Assembly (NCBI GenBank): GCA_043228905.1
Contig: JBHGNT010000001.1
Coordinates: 5,766,001 to 5,830,000 of the forward strand
Reading direction: 5' to 3'
Length of the DNA stretch: 64,000 nt
DNA from: Azolla caroliniana
Taxonomy: Eukaryota; Plantae; Polypodiophyta
Positions 62,030 through 64,000 of this stretch are shown here, piece after piece. The notes below the pieces were generated by a model. It did no database searches, had not been told where the DNA came from, and was given only the letters and a program-made list of their open reading frames with translations. The position numbers and the translations under genes are program-made. Position 1 is the first letter of the stretch, and every line of letters starts with the position of its first letter.

Positions 62030-62740
62030 ATTTAGCTAGTTGCATTTATAACATATTTGGGGTCTTCATGAAAGTAATCAAGAGGCAAACCCTTCAAATA
62101 ATTGCATAGCCCATGATAGATTTGGTCCATTAGTGCTTCATTATCTAAAGGAATATCATATGCAAGAGGTGAAAATCTACTATTTAAAATGAGGTAAGCT
62201 AATTTACTTATCACAATATGCATGGTTCTCTAGAAAATGTTAATGCGAGAAGGAAGAAGCTTCTTCTCTTATGGAGAAAGTTGCCCCTCTTTGCAGTGTC
62301 AGATCAAGGGCCTCAATGGAACTATTGACTTCCATGGACCCTTCCTTGAATATTAGTACACCATGGCAGTGTACATCAACAAATTCCAACACCCGTTACA
62401 AGTTCCTATATTTGATCTTAGGATTATTGTACATCATTGTACATTTTAAAAGTTGGCAGCTTCTGGGCAGATAAATTCAAGTTATAGCCTTCGGGCGTCT
62501 TTTTAATACTATTGAAGAAAATCTTTCAAAAAAAAACTTATCACAATCTTTGAATCTTGTTTATCTCTATTCTCATAATATATCTAAAGCTTCTTGATAA
62601 AAACCATCAAAATTTCTAGCAATTTCAACTTCTTTTCTGGAAATGATGCAAACCAAGTTAGTGACATCACTCTCAATAAGGTTTAGCTAACCAATGGCCA
62701 CATTCAACTCCATTACCTTGAAATCGGATTTTCATCAACT
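62030..62740 (-). pseudogene. Decayed Tcn1-like gag relic
   Basis: LAYDIPLDNEALMDQIYHGL resembles LACDIPCDEAALMDQF at about 43040-43085; extent approximate. Confidence 0.55.
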
Positions 62741-63429
62741 GTTGGATTTTCTTCTTTGATACTCTTCCTTGGCTCTTCTTTAACTCAACTTTCTGATTTT
62801 TCCTACTAAGTCTCACACATTTTACATATCGCATGGTGCATCACATACCTTCATTGTATTTCTTAAATGATCATGTTAAGCTCCATCAAGAAAGTGTGCT
62901 ATGATATTTGTAATGTGCACATGAACATCACGACTTGAAACTTGGGGTATAGGCTCATCTTTAGTCCCTATCTCAGATAAAAGATGTCAACAAAATATTT
63001 TATGTAATCATCGACCAAATCAGATCCTTTCTTCAAAATCCCATACAATCTTATCATGTAAAACTTCGTTCAATGCAATGTTACTCTCATGTTTGTCCCA
63101 TAAATTCTTCCACATCTTCACTTACATTCACATTTTAATTTACCAAAAAGTAAACACTATCCCCAAGTTGGTCACATTGTCGTGTGTATTCCTACCGATT
63201 GCATCCATTCTTGCATCTAATTCTACAACTTGAATCTAATTCTTCTATATGGAGAATTTTGTGCAATGAAACATCGGGATTTTTAAGCTTCCACTCACTA
63301 GAGTTGTGAGGTTCCCTTGTGAACTCCCTATGTGCGAAGAGCTACTCATTAGTTCATATTGACAACATGGTATTTGGCTCAGACTCGTGAGATATATTAA
63401 GTCTTGCAATGTGTTTTTCTTCTTATCCC

Positions 63430-64000
63430 GTTTTAATACCACTAGTTGGATTTAGGTAACTTGGAAATCCAACTAACCCCTTAAGACATAAATATTTAAA
63501 ACCATAACTACACAAAAGAAGATATAACAATGACAATGTTATGATAATGCGAAAACACTCAAAGATACAAATTATAAATAAAACACAATACCATCAAAGA
63601 CAGAGTCTTAACCATTTACAATGTTGTGGACAAGAGATCTCTCTCTTGGTACACAAGATGAAAAGGACCAAAAAGATCAATGCTCTCCAAACCTAAGTTC
63701 CTCATATATATTATACTTGGGCATTAAAGATTCACTATAGCCTCTAAGTTTTCCTCTATACATCACTTACAAGGTTCACATCGATTAGCTTGAGTTAATA
63801 GGTTATCCATACTAATAGCGTGAGACATTTATTCTCCTTAGTATATATTCTACACCTTTTCATGTTCCTCATATTTCGATTGAGCTAGAAGACATTGGCT
63901 TTCATTTGCCGCATGTAGTTTTCAAAGCCCCAAAAATGAAAGGTTGATTTCTCCTCAACCCTAGAGATAGAAAGTTGCATTTTTAATCACTATGTCCACT
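63430..64000 (-). mobile_element. Possible decayed Copia PBS and 5' LTR running off the window
   Basis: TTTAATACCACTAGTTGG resembles a mutated tRNA-iMet PBS/LTR junction; no partner LTR seen. Confidence 0.35.

Overview
Gene-poor, retroelement-dominated plant nuclear DNA. A seed-free plant, probably a fern, is inferred from the PLS-type PPR relics and the Tcn1-like chromoviruses. No intact host gene was found. 1-17177 is a nest of Ty3/Gypsy elements with TGTCG...CGACA LTR ends and a tRNA-Trp primer site, including a full-length copy at 7615-15678; part of the nest sits inside an older chromovirus. It is followed by a LINE split by a very young Copia (20008-25256), a second Copia (28885-35224), a self-priming Tcn1-like chromovirus (39102-44211), a PPR pseudogene broken by small LTR elements, a near-complete L1-type LINE (about 48087-53815), and old AT-rich relics including a plastid-type trnW copy. 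The most notable signals are: (1) antisense tRNA-like A/B-box (Pol III) cassettes in the LTRs of four different families; (2) 4-bp, CG-centred target sites at all five visible tRNA-Trp Gypsy insertions; (3) a G_GAU_UUU-UAG slippery site with a predicted pseudoknot joining gag-protease to RT by -1 frameshift; (4) strong CCGG enrichment in the young Copia. Coordinates were counted by eye and may be off by a few bases.
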